Assembly (NCBI RefSeq): GCF_963853765.1
Contig: NC_088854.1
Span: 20,522,001 to 20,586,000 of the forward strand
From: Magallana gigas
Taxonomy: Eukaryota
Reading direction: 5' to 3'
DNA: 64,000 nucleotides
Numbering within the stretch: the stretch's first letter is position 1; the number at the start of each line of letters is the position of its first letter. This document shows positions 12,601 through 24,900 of the stretch, in pieces. The notes beneath the pieces were generated by a model that ran no database searches, was not told the DNA's origin, and worked only from the letters and a program-made list of their open reading frames with translations. The position numbers and the translations under genes were made by a program.

Positions 12601-15600
12601 GGTCGCAGGCGCAAAGGCATGGAAAGAGGATCTCCTGGTATTCGCTGTAGAAGAGGCAAGAAAAGTTCGTCCGAACAGTTGAGACCCCACGGTAACGTGG
12701 CAGATGGCAGCAGATTGCAGGCATCGGATAATATGCCTGGTGAAGTCACAATGCTGGGAATTCCTGACTTGAGAGAGAGTCAGATGTTCCACAAGAGGTG
12801 GAAGACGTCTAGTGCAAGACGGAAAGTTGAAGTGTAAAGCTTGAGGTGATACAATGCAATTTGTGTCTGTCAGCTGCAGTTGTGCTATGTGCACGTGGTC
12901 CAGGAGAGAAAGGGCCAGATATTTTTTTCTTATTGTTTATTTTTTGGGGGAGTATTTTTTTTATATGGATATCACTTCACCTTTTTGTGAAGTAGGGGTT
13001 AGTTTTTAGTTTTGCGAGGACGCAAAATTCTGAGGTGGGGGTAGTGAAGCGGGCAGCCTATTAATATATTTTTGGTTAAAGTTATTTCCCTTTGATTTAT
13101 TGATTTTTGATGATTCAATTAATGTTTCCAATAATAACCAATTAGTGTGATGATTATTTGTTGTACAATATTAAATATTCTATGTAAATAAGTTGTTTGG
13201 CATAAGTAGTTTTATATTAGGTTGGATCAGTTTGTTTATTTTTGATTTCCAGTTTTTAGATACTTCAAATTATTTTAGGCCGGCACATATATAGGGACAG
13301 TGTCTATGGCGATTTTAGGAAAACGACTGTTTGGGGTTAAACTTAGACAGGTACGGCTAGATTGAGTGTGCGGACATCCCTTTTTTTCTAATCTTCGTGT
13401 GACTTAACCTACGATACAGAGTGTGCGGTCATCCCTGCTCTGTATCGCATTAATACAAGTGTGCGGTCATCCCTGCTTGTATTGGTGGTGGTTGAGGCGG
13501 AGCACTAGTGTGTGGTCATCCCTGCTGGTGTTCTGGCCTTTCTAGCGCAAGTGTGCGGCACTCCCTGCTTGCGTTAGGTTGCGTTGTTGGCGCAAGTGTG
13601 CGGTCATCCCTGCTTGCGTTAACGTTGGTACCTGTTTAGTTGCGTAGGTGTGCGGTCATCCCTGCCTGCGTAACGTTGAGTCCCTATATATGTGCAGGAG
13701 CGGTGATTAAAGTCTGCACTTGTAAATATTGGCAGCAATCAGGGCTATCCGATTCTATCTCGGGTACGGGCCCGCGGGGATCACAGGCAGTGACCCCCTT
13801 GCACGTTACACTACAACTGTAGCTGATCCAGGCTTAGAATGAAAATACATTCTTGTGATACCTTTGATGATCGGATTGTGAATTGAAGAATCAATCTTAA
13901 AATAAACACAGGATGAAGCTGTGGCATTCAGTCAACTGACATGTAACTGAAAGGTAACATTTAGTTGACTGAATGGCATATCTATGCCAATCAGTCACCA
14001 TTCAAGACATTTCAGTTAACATTTAGTTGACTGAATGGCAGAGCTTCATCCTGTGACAGTCATTCTAACTAATATGATAAATGGTAGTGCAAAATTTTTA
14101 AAACTGTTATAACTTTGTTATAAAAGTGTTAAATTGGTATATGATAATATGCTTCATTTTAAATTTGAGAAAATTCGGTAAATACATGTATGCATACCGA
14201 CCCTCAAATACATGTGTCTAAATGCCTACAGAGAATGGCTCTTAAATGTAAAGCATGTTTTGGAGTTTTGAAAGATACTTACCATTGGTATTTCCCTTTG
14301 GAGATTCCCTTCAAAATATTAGGTTTTAATTTATTTTATTATTCAGAATATATTTTTACAGTGTATATAATCATAACTTTAATCATTTAAGCATCACCCC
14401 TTTTAGCTGCAGGTCTTTAGCTCTCAGTCTGAAAAAAATTGGATGCAAAACCTGGGAGCTACAGTGCACCCCGCACCCTCAGTAAAAAAACAGCAATTTA
14501 CGGCGTGCAAAAAATTATGCTCTAGATTTGGTTTGAATAATCTTGTTTCCGAACATTTTCTGTAAAAATATTTCATTCCAAAATATTTCTTGGACAATAT
14601 TCTACGGATATCGTTTCTTAACGTGCCTCTGATATCGCTTTAAACAATATCACCAGCCCCGTTTTGTGAAGCGATGCAGTTTGTTTACATGTAAAAATGG
14701 TGAATTGATTCTGAAAAAGTCTGAGGCTAATAAAGAGTCGATATGAGTAGAAACAATGGCAAAATATAAATAACCATATCAAGAATGTTCAAAATATGTA
14801 GGTTATTTTGCTTACCTACACACAGGTCCATTCCTTGTTTCTGCACACACGTGACCGGGTAGACAAGGACTCACTTGTTTTTTAAATTCGCATGATGTTG
14901 TACCGTTTTCAACAATCACTTGACATAAGAAAATTTACAACATTATTATTTGATTAACATAGTTCTTAAGTTCACGAATCCTTATTTCATTTATTTACCA
15001 TTATTTTTAATTTTTTTTGAAGTTGTGATAAAATCACGAATACTACATGTATACTTTGTTCCAAGTTTCGGCTTCCCCCACTTTCTGCGTTATATAATGT
15101 ATCTCGATAATCATAAATCTTAAACTACATCTATTCACTATAAAAAAAAGTTCCGATTATCTTAACTGAAACACCCCTCTACCGCTTTAGGTTTCAATAC
15201 ACAACCCAAAATAGAAAGTCTGACAGGATTTTGCCTTGCAAACAACATTAAGAACCCCGATTGATCTGCGAGATAGCCCGAGAACTTCCGAAAGGGCAAA
15301 AATATGTAAGCATTTCCCATTTTGAATCTCTGTAGGATTTTTGTTTTTGTTCATGAGGAATTCTTCGGAGATAACCAGATAATGTTTTAAAGAAGAAATC
15401 TTGGATATTTTCTCTTTTATGTATTTGATTTGTACTTTATTGACAGGTATTTTTTAAAATAAAAAATCATCGGAAAATGACCAGAGCAATTACTTGGGAC
15501 AGACTATATAGAAACTAAGGTGAAATGAGGTGTAAGGCCTTTAATATATATTTTTTCATTTGAATTCTTGGTTATCCAATATGCAACTTAGTTAACTGGA

Positions 15601-17092
15601 TAAGTTCACTTTTTTTGCCGTATTGCTGCAATTTAAGTCAACTTAAAAGATTTTGTAGATTTCTTATAGTTTTGTTTTCAAACAACAAAGCTGTGACACT
15701 CATTTATAAACATAAATAAAATTGACAGGTTTTTACTTTTACGGTCAAGCAAATGAAAGGCAATTTACGAGCTTTTCCTGATGTGTCCTCAAGAATTACA
15801 GTCGATACAGTCACTTCCTGTCCTTCATACGTCACTTTAGATTTCCCTGTAGCCATGTTTTTAGAGAGGGCTGTCATATTGGTTATTAACTGTGAATCTA
15901 TTGCTGTGTCAACATGATACTCAACTTTTAAGCTGCCTTTTCTACAACACATTCACAGATAAAACAAGATATCTGTGAGCCAATGCTCACTTGTAATACC
16001 CCCTCTCTAATGTGAATATGCAAAATAAGCAAAGTCGGCATTTAACAGGAAGTTTGCATCTGATTAGTATAAAAAGTATCCCACGATATGGCATGGCCAA
16101 AACAGTGTGTTAAAATTTCAAGCATCTGCGATAAATAGTTGGTAAGAAATTTTTGACGAAAATTTGTTTTGAATTTTAGGGTAAAATTAGACAAAGTCGT
16201 CATTTAACAGGAAATTGACGTCCGATTGGTACAACAAAATATCTCACAATATGGCATGCCTAAACAAAAAAGTGTAAAAATTTCAAGCATCTACAATGAA
16301 TAGATGCTGAGAAAAATGTGAAAGAAATTTTTGTTACGGACAGACAGACGGACAAACAGACGGACAAACAGACAGATAAACAGTATACCCCCTTCTCCTT
16401 CGGAGCAGGGGTATAATGATGTGTACGCGAAAAATTGACCAACATATTCTGTTAAGGGGATTAATATGTTACGTGTACATTAAATTGAAGATAATCTTCT
16501 ACGTAAAAGATTAGTATAATAATGTAGAATGTGAGAAATATAATATAATATACAAACCTTATGTTTCGTACAGTACAGCTTATGAATTTCAAACCGTTAA
16601 TGCTATAAAATGAAGTAAGCTGAAAAGTACAAATCGAAAATGATTTCAAGTTGTGCAATAATGATGATGATACGCATGCGATACATGATAGAATTAAATA
16701 AATCCAAAATGTTCGTAAAAATTCACGATGTTTGAATGAAATAATTGAAACATACATACTGCTGCTTGGACTTTTGACCTAACACTTTCGTTTGCATCAT
16801 CATCTGACAAATCATCTGTTATATCAATCAACAAAGTTATTTTTAATCTAAACACAAAAGATGATTTCTGCGTTGTAAGTGGTTTTTGCGTTGTAAGTGT
16901 TTTTTGCGTTGTAATTTGTTGGTAATGTCGTTGTTATAACTGTGGTTTTGCAAGGGTTATTGTACTTGGTGGTTGGTTTCTGTGGGGGTTTGGTTAGTGT
17001 TGGACCACTATAACATGTTCCACAGCAAACAGAAGGATTAGCCGGACAAATAAAAATATAACAACCAGAAGTTCTGTCTCCATACTCACACC
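9638..17092 (-). CDS. 3' exons of the metalloprotease gene: Cys-rich repeat, mucin stalk, SEA, EGF-like, TM, cytoplasmic tail
   Basis: GT-AG exons: 17092-16760 (GCEYGDRTSGC...TTQK repeats...SFVFRLKITLLID), 16620-16559 (LTSFYSINGLKFISCTVRNIR), 15941-15769 (KGSLKVEYHV, SEA-like), 14918-14816 (CEFKKQVSPCLPGHVCAETRNGPVC), candidate 13895-13862, 10064-9912 (YVNIFIYVGIVAALLILFLLFLVYIYCYRK, TM), 9694-9638 (NDLYYSQRRSSYYDKAKY*). Four of these match paralogous exons at 61101-63646. Two apparent +1 frameshifts (~16915, ~9973). At least one small linker exon is unassigned. Confidence 0.8.
10719..10981 (+). other. Array of six stem-loops with a conserved 16-nt loop in the 5' LTR
   Basis: Loop consensus TGTGCGGTCATCCCTG, each closed by a different 6-10 bp stem. 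A degenerate seventh unit lies at ~10665-10701. Confidence 0.9.
11125..11142 (+). promoter_or_regulatory. Primer-binding site complementary to a tRNA-Leu 3' end
   Basis: TGGTGGCAGCGGTGGGAT, 7 nt after the 5' LTR. Reverse complement ATCCCACCGCTGCCACCA matches the eukaryotic tRNA-Leu 3' end + CCA as I recall it. Confidence 0.75.
11170..12837 (+). CDS. gag: Gag (capsid-like + CCHC knuckle + basic tail), one in-frame stop at 11425-11427
   Basis: Track ORFs 11152..11427 and 11440..12837 are in the same frame. Motifs YDGSGQWIDYHAHFE and LCYFCRKPGHLRRDC. No protease, RT or integrase motifs. Confidence 0.9.
13412..13674 (+). other. Same stem-loop array in the 3' LTR
   Basis: Direct copy of 10719-10981 (offset 2693). 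An A-to-G change in stem 5 keeps pairing as G-U. Confidence 0.9.
13907..14055. mobile_element. 149-bp palindromic MITE-like element
   Basis: TIRs CACAGGATGAAGCT...CATTCAGTCAACT / AGTTGACTGAATGGCAGAGCTTCATCCTGTG, with internal repeats of AGTTGACTGAATGGCA. No TSD resolved. Confidence 0.65.
15961..16417 (+). mobile_element. Helentron-type non-autonomous element (HINE-like) with two ~162-bp satellite-like units
   Basis: Start AAAACAAGA...TGAGCCAATGCTCAC. Repeat units begin at 16031 and 16193. (GACA/GACG)n at 16337-16376 and terminal hairpin ATACCCCC...GGGGTAT at 16385-16414. Lies in a SEA-domain intron. Confidence 0.75.
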
Positions 17093-17468
17093 CTAATGAG
17101 AAAAATTAGATCACACAAATAAACATTGAAGTTATATATCTGCATATAGCATTTTTGGCAAAGTAATATTTTTCAGCTATTATAATGGTTTTTATTTAGT
17201 TACTTATCTTTACAAAGTTTGAGATTTAGAGTCTTTCCATACCATTGAAATGACAAGCAACGCTTGTCTATACTTTAAAGTAATAGTCTTGGCAAGAACA
17301 ATTAGCCCATTAATTCTTTATCGCTTCCTAGTTATGGAAAATGTGGGTGGAAGGTCCGAGACAATTTGAAAGTTTCTAAATTTTAGAATAACAAAATTTG
17401 ACCCAGAATTGTACGTAGAAGTGATTGTTTGGGTTGAAAAAGCAGGTAACTCTCAAATCGTTTCAAAC

Positions 17469-18254
17469 CTGCTATTCCGGTGTAGAAGTGTCTGCATTGC
17501 TGGCAACATTTGTCTTTTACGTAATAACAAACCCATGGATAATCACTTATGTCCTCAAAAGAACAAGTGATTTCTTTACTGCTATAAGTCATGACTACTC
17601 CTTTAGCATCTCCTTTAGCTCGCATGCAATCATAAGCGTCAAGTAGTGCAAATGCAAAAGTAGTGCAAATGAATCACAAATAAGTTGTTTATGGGCCACA
17701 TATTGCTGACCATACTAACTTGCAAACGTAAAGAGGGTGTTTCCAAGGTAAAATGTTTAAACCCCATTGTGTCTCCTATTTATACCTATTGTGGTTTATG
17801 ATTGAAAATTTCGGACTATTCTTAAAACATTTACTAGTATTTTTATGATGAACATTTGGAGTTATTTTCTCAGCTCGCTCTGAGATTCTTTGCAAAAACA
17901 GATTTAAATCAAACATCTTGTAGAAAAGTTATATAAAGGTTTTGTGAAGAGATTAAATAAAACTGACTGTTTTAATCTTAAAAAGAATGTTCCACAATGC
18001 ATGTATCTTAATTGTATTGTTTCAATTAAACGAATAAAGGCAATGCATCTTAATAAACATAATATTTGATTATCCAAAATGCTGTGTGTCAGGTTACGAA
18101 AAAAATATCAGCAGTTCTAAAGAACATATACACGTGACTGAAAACTGAAAAATGTTTATTTAATGCAGGTACGTTATTTCTTTTTGAAATAACTAAAAAA
18201 AAGGCATAAATATAAATAAAATATGTATGCAGAAGGCCTTTTATTCATGAATAT
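17469..18254 (-). pseudogene. Eroded duplicate (copy B): Cys-rich exon lacking its acceptor, plus two deletion junctions
   Basis: 17469-17625 matches exon 39672-39830. 17627-18135 matches intron 42170-42668. 18140-18254 matches 53522-53630. The intervening catalytic exons are absent. Confidence 0.85.
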
Positions 18255-18689
18255 AATACCATCTATTTTATGCATATAAAATCGATGACTTTATTTTACG
18301 GGAAAGGGTTATCTTAATTTTGGTCGGGATCGGCCTGCGGCCTTCTTTTATTATTTAAGTCTGGAAGCTCGGGATCAACATCCTTTTCCAAAAGTTGCTG
18401 AATAGGAGTAGGTTGAAAAATTGTATGGGAGTATTTTTTTTAAATTATATGCTGTAAAGTTCTTGCATCCGCCTTAAATATATATGAAATTTCATTAACG
18501 GATAGACAAGTTAATTGTGTTTTACATTAATTTTAATCTGGCGTCTATATTTTCTATTGATGGGGCCGGATTAAAAGCAGGGTGTTATCAGTAGGCACTA
18601 TACATATAATTTGTATTTTTTTTTTAAAAATCGTGTTTTTAATTTCAAGTGAGTTATTGTATGTGTATTGTTCATTTTAATGAGCGGAA

Positions 18690-19682
18690 ATGCCACCAAA
18701 AAATGATAAGCGGAATTGCAGACACCACGAGGGGAAGGGATCAAGGTCAAAGAGGTCAAGACCCGAGCGATCAGCTCCATCCACTGACGATCAGGCATCT
18801 CAGGAACCAGGTCCATCACGAAGCAGGGAATGCGCCATCGCAATAGAAAGTGAAGATGTGGCAACCGTGAACCAAAGTTTGCCCCCAACACCTGTTCCTG
18901 CTTTAGCTATTCAATCAGGTACAAGCATTGGTGTTGAAAGTCAATACGTCGATAGCATCCATACATTGTTATCTAGCAATGTCTCTAACTCATTGAAATC
19001 AAAAATTATCAGTTCGTCATACATTGACATTAGCTTATTGCTTGATAATACTTCTCTGACGGAATCTTCAGAGAAAAGAATATTTTTTAATGATAAGGGT
19101 GAGTTGGTCACAAGAGAGGTAGTTAAGCCCAGCATAAAGATTCAATCTATCAGTAGATGGACAGGTGCATTTTTAGTTTATGCAAGTATCTATGCTTCGG
19201 CCCATCCAGAATCTTTTCAAGGTCTTCTGAAATATTTGCATGACATTAGACTAGGGGCATCAAGATGTGGGGAGGGAGATTTGGGCTGGAAGAAATATGA
19301 TGAACAATTTAGACTTCGCCGCAGTATCGATCCCACCAAACAATGGTCTAAAGTAGACTATGAGTTATGGTTGATGTTTATGACATCATCTCCGCAATCT
19401 AAAGTTACACTTAGCCCAAATAGCCCAGCATTTAACAAGTGCTATAATTTCAATTTCAAGGGAATTTGTGACAGACCGTCTTGTCAGTACATGCATAAGT
19501 GTATAAGATGTTCAGGGGCTCATCCACAATACCAGTGTCCCCTTTCTAACCATGTGTTCAAGGCCACAAATCGCCCCAGGGCACCATTGCAGGGACAATC
19601 CCAGTTTAGACCCCCTGTGTCACACCCAACACAAACCCCAAGACCACAAAGATATATGGGCCCTAGGAACTTCCCCTATTAG
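18690..19682 (+). CDS. gag: Ngaro gag-like ORF1 with C-terminal Cys/His finger
   Basis: 330-aa ORF with CYNFNFKGICDRPSCQYMHKCIRCSGAHPQYQC. Overlaps the RT ORF as in DIRS/Ngaro. Confidence 0.85.
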   Translation: MPPKNDKRNCRHHEGKGSRSKRSRPERSAPSTDDQASQEPGPSRSRECAIAIESEDVATVNQSLPPTPVPALAIQSGTSIGVESQYVDSIHTLLSSNVSNSLKSKIISSSYIDISLLLDNTSLTESSEKRIFFNDKGELVTREVVKPSIKIQSISRWTGAFLVYASIYASAHPESFQGLLKYLHDIRLGASRCGEGDLGWKKYDEQFRLRRSIDPTKQWSKVDYELWLMFMTSSPQSKVTLSPNSPAFNKCYNFNFKGICDRPSCQYMHKCIRCSGAHPQYQCPLSNHVFKATNRPRAPLQGQSQFRPPVSHPTQTPRPQRYMGPRNFPY

Positions 19683-20720
19683 AGCTAAAGTGTTAGATGA
19701 GTATTTACAATCATACCCAGACAAATATGCTGCTAATTATTTAAAAAATGGTTTTTCCAAAGGTTTTGAAATTAATTATACTGGCCCAAGGTTTCATGTG
19801 TATTCAAAAAATCTCAAGTCTGCAACTGAACACCATGATCATTTGATGGATAAGATAAATAAAGAAATTAAGCTGGGCAGGATTATGGGTCCTTTTGACC
19901 AACTGCCTATTTCCAACCTTCACATTTCGCCAGTTGGCATTGTTCCAAAATCGGATGAGGGGTGGCGAATGATAACTCATTTATCCTACCCTAGTGATCG
20001 TGGGATCAATGACTTTATAGATCCAGATTTATGTACAGTTCAATATGCATCTTTTGATGGTGTAGTTGACATGATTGCCAGTTTGGGAAGGGGTGCCTTG
20101 ATAGGGAAGATGGATGTTAAAAGTGCATTTCGTTTAATTCCTATCTATCCAGGGGATTTTGATTTGTTAGGCTTCTCGGTAGATGGCTCATATTACATAG
20201 ACAAATGTCTTCCTATGGGATGTTCTATAAGTTGCAAAATTTGGGAAACATTCGCAACTTTTCTACATTGGCTGACACAGTTTAAGTCTGGGCTGAATAC
20301 CTTAGATCATTATTTGGATGATTTCATTTTTGCAGGAAGGTGTGGAAGTCAAGAATGTGCAATACTTATGTCTACTTTTAGTCACTTAGCTAAAGAAATA
20401 GGGGTACCACTAGTTCATGATAAAACTTCAGGCCCAACAACTAAGTTAATATTTCTAGGTTTTGAAATAGATACATTGGAGATGATTATTAGGATCCCAG
20501 AAGCAAAGGTAAATATCCTTAGGAACCTAATTGAGAGCTTTTTAGGTAGAGAAAAGGTTAGGTTGCAAGAAATGCAATCATTAGTTGGAATGCTGAATTT
20601 TTTCTCAAAGGCAATCAGGTCTAGTAGAGCCTTTATTCGAAGAATGTATGATGCATTTAGAGGGGTTTTTAAGCCACACCATCACATAAGATTATCAGTT
20701 GGAATTAAAAGTGACCTTAA
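19552..20720 (+). CDS. Ngaro reverse transcriptase, 5' part (interrupted by Kolobok)
   Basis: HISPVGIVPK, KMDVKSAFR, CLPMGCSISC and YLDDF motifs. Frame continues as SDLK|MWLVFL at 29560. Confidence 0.95.
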
Positions 20721-21919
20721 AGCTGAAGCGCCGCGATTTAAATAGCCAGTTAGAACATTCAATACCGCTTAGAGTCCTAAAATCGGGGGTTACTCTAAAG
20801 GTTCGCTATGCGTGACTGATTTTAGGCGAGTGTGGTCGAGATGTAAACATCTCGGGGAGTACGTGTCAAAAGTAAAGAAACGGGAATTCCGAACTGAATA
20901 GCAAAAAAAATAAACAAGTACCACTCTTATCCACAAAATAACATGAATTTCGTGCAGACATAGTGTATATAAAGAGATACACTGGCCATTTCTCTTTCTT
21001 TCGAACACGGTCGCGTACGTTCACAGGTATAGACGAATTATAGAAGAAAGTACATTGAGTGGATTCCTGGCGATACAGAAGATAGCGAGTATAGTTGCAG
21101 CACCCGAATACGATACAAAGTAAGTAAGAAGTGTTTCCGACACTATTCCTAAACAATTTCCACATGTTTATTAGTTTATAAAAACTAACTCGTCATGCAG
21201 CCATTATCCGTGCTCGAACTGCTATAAAGTGAACACTGCGCAAGACCGGTATTCTGAAACCGAAAGTTCGATTAGGGGAGAAGTAATTTATAAACAGGGA
21301 AATTTCTTTGAAGTCCCAAACGCAAAAAGATAAGTTACACATAATTGTTTTATGTATTATTAGCGTGAAATCCAATGCGCAATCAATAAAATAACACCTT
21401 TTCTTATTATTTGCTTTTGAAATAATATATAAGATGTATGTTATCCCACCTCAATTTACGCGATTCACATGTAATTTGTAATGTTGCTTATAAGTTATAT
21501 GATATCTGTCATGTTTTGCACAGTGCATTCATTGCCGTCTTGACTATGCATTTCATTTTAAATGAATGCTGTTACTTACAACGTGAGCTTTGATTAAGCT
21601 ATGTTTACTAATTCTATATTATTTTTACGATCTCGAAGCATACTTTTTAAAACTATATACTGGCCTTGGATCAGTCCTTCACCTATACATGTATAGTCGC
21701 ATGTAGGAGAAGGGGATCAGACTGATCTTATACCACATGGTTACATGTACAGTTAGTTTTTGTTTGTATTTAGGTTGTATAGGTTCACTCCAGCACGTTA
21801 TTTTATGAGTAATAGTTGTGTTACAATGCACTGGTGAGAAATTGTTATTAGCCTATGCCAGTATATTTATAATGACTTTTATCTGGACATCATATACCCG
21901 ATTTATAAATTTTTTGCAG

Positions 21920-24900
21920 GTTTCTCATCTTTTGAACATGGAAGACCAACTTGTGGAGAATATGGAGATAGATGAAGATACATGTAATTATAGCTCAGAG
22001 GTATATATTATTAAATTTAAATGAAGATGGTTAGTGCCAAAAGCCATTTAACAATGTATTTATACAGCATGTGAATAACAGAATTGAATATTTATATATT
22101 TTTTAATTATGATGCGTTTTTGCAGAGTGTGATATTTAGACCAGAGACATAAATAACATGAATGTTATTTATATCTCTGGTTAGACTACTACCGTTGCAC
22201 ACACTAGAAAGCTCAATTGGTAGATCACATGACCAGTAGATTCAGGGTCCCAGGTTCTAGTCCTGGTCTCGTCTGTCATGATATTTCCATCTTACTTTTA
22301 TAGTATTGAAATCTTTTCGAATTTACAAATTTAATAGTACAAAAAGGCAAATTTACATGTGATTTACTTTGTGCGTGATGATGCTTCTGATATATGAATG
22401 TGTCTGTTCCTCTCTCATAGGGAATATACCCTCTTTATTCAAACAAAAATAAATCGTAATACATGTACAAATCTCATAATGCCTAATTAGGTTTTTAGTT
22501 GGCTCAATGAAATTTATCAAATTTTGATAATATAGTTAACCAATATAAGATCTTTGAAAATTAGTCTCTGAGCAACAGGCTATTAGGAGATGCTGTTATG
22601 TTATATGTATATTCCCCCTAGGAGGATGATGAAGTCAATGAATTGATAAGAGAGATATTTGGTGATGAAGAATCATTGGAAGAGGAGCATGAGGAGGAGT
22701 ATGAAGATGGAAATGAAATGTGGAATGAGACACGGTATAAACTATGTATCAATATACAAAAATAGAAGATATAATAACCTGGACTTAGCATTCATATGTA
22801 CTTGATATTTGTTTACATATATAATATTTAGTTTGCTACAATGTATGCTAAAATTACCATAAATGAACCCATTATAACATGATTCAGTAAGTTGTGTAAT
22901 AGTACATGTTTTTTTTCTAAAAATATCATAAGTTACATGTGATTATATAAAACTGTATCAATACATGTATTTCTAGAGAAAACTATGAAGATGAATACTC
23001 TCTTCTGAGAGAGAGGAGATTTGTTGTCGGTGAGGGTGCTCTCTTGAGTCTCATCAAGAGGACAACATGCGAGCAGTGTGGGGAGTCCATAGACCCGTCA
23101 ACAGTTGTTGAAGGAGAAAAGATACCAGCAGGAGTGAAGTACAAATTCCTTTGCTGTGTAAGATTACATAATACTCCTTATTGATAAAATTCTAATATTT
23201 GTTGATTACATTAACTGAATTGTCATACATTTATTTGATTTTGTTTGAATTGATACAAAATGTATCAATTAATGCACAATTAAATATAGTTGTGGTATAC
23301 AAAAGTTTCTAAAAGTTTTTTATGACTTGATAGTCTTCGTATTTTTCATGGTTTGGAGGTTTTGATGATTAAATTTTTTACTCTATGAATAAATGTCTAA
23401 TTATTTATGTTCAGACACCACATGTACATGTTTATCCTTATGTATATTAATTTTTAGAATGGCCATCCAGGAAAATGGATTTCCACACCATTTTATGGAG
23501 GCAGAAGCTTCATTAGTATTTTACTCCCAACTCATGGTGCTTCTTACAGGTAGGGAGCTAATTAATATTAATATGTATATGTTCTTGATTGTGCTTTAAA
23601 TTTTGACATTGATTTCATATGAGATTTGTGTTAGAAAACTTATTATGAAATAGGATCTAATAACCATTTTTTACCATTACAATTTCTAATTGCCTAATGG
23701 GTGTGTTTATTACCATATTTGCAGATGCATAAATCAGACAGGCCATTATATACAGTTGTGAACTCATGATAACTTCAAATCTATTCAGAAACTTTGTCAA
23801 TATTTATTAAAAGCTTTGAAGCTGAGAGAGAATATGGTTAATTCCTTATGATATCTGTCATGTTTATTTACATATATATTATAAATCAATGATATTGTAC
23901 ACTGTTAGCCCATATGATATATATACCATGTTGAATCCTCTGCCATTCTACTGTTAATATGCATGTACCTATGAGTCACATGGCTTCTTTTGTCAATAAG
24001 GAATAAAGAATATGCACAGTGTCTGTCAGGGTATCCTTGATTACGTTATGGATAATAATACCGGTTTTTTTTTTACAGTTCTTTGTGAATATTTTTTAGG
24101 TGCTTCTTGGGAAAAATTTGCCTTAGGTGCAAAATTTATAAACCTTGTTGTTGGATCTTCCCGCCAATTTTACAAGATGCAACTTCAGTATAGGGTAAAT
24201 ATTATCTACCGATATAATAAATTTAGTATTTATCTTGAAGTTAATAGAATAAAATGATACATCTAAACAGAAAAACAAAGAAATCCTTTTTTACATGCTT
24301 TTTACAGACTGCAATAGAGGAGAAGTTCCATAAGCACATTTCAGAGGTGTACAAGAAGTTGGGAGGTTTACCACTTAGTGTGGCTGTAGATGTACGATTT
24401 GACTCACCTGGTAAATATTTAAAATTATAAATTACTAACATTTACAACAACTTAGGATGAAGTGCCAAACTAATATCTGCCTGTTGTACATTTTTACTTT
24501 TTTTAGAAACTGTGTTTAATAATTTTTGATCAGGTATTTCCCAATAAATTCCAAATGATAGAATTTTAAATCCCAAACAGATGTTTCCATTATTATGCTT
24601 TCAGGATTTTGTGCAAGTAGATCAACTGCAGTATTTATGGATTCTAACACCAAGGCCATAATACACATGGAAGTAGGCGATTCCAGGGAAGTTGACAGGC
24701 ACAGTTCCAAGATGGAAAGGCTTCTCATTGACAGAGGACTACAACATCTACTCACTGCCTCTCCTCTTGTTATATGGGAAATCATATCTGATGCTAGCAG
24801 AAACATAATTTCTTTGATGAGTAAGTATACATCTGTGTGACAAAAGGTTGATTTTATGAACAGAATTGCAAATACATTATCTGTCTTACTCAATTATACA

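Larger units (their letters stand above)
10352..13810 (+). mobile_element. Young non-autonomous (gag-only) Gypsy-like LTR retrotransposon
   Basis: 766-bp TG...CA LTRs at 10352-11117 and 13045-13810 with about 5 differences by eye. 4-bp TSD CTAC, PBS at 11125, PPT GAGGTGGGGGTAG at 13032-13044. The 1.9-kb interior holds only gag. Confidence 0.95.

Noticed and set aside
20866-21165. THAP-like CIVFGCCN motif on the minus strand at the Kolobok 5' end
   Set aside because: Wrong strand for the transposase and lacks the downstream CxxHF motif.
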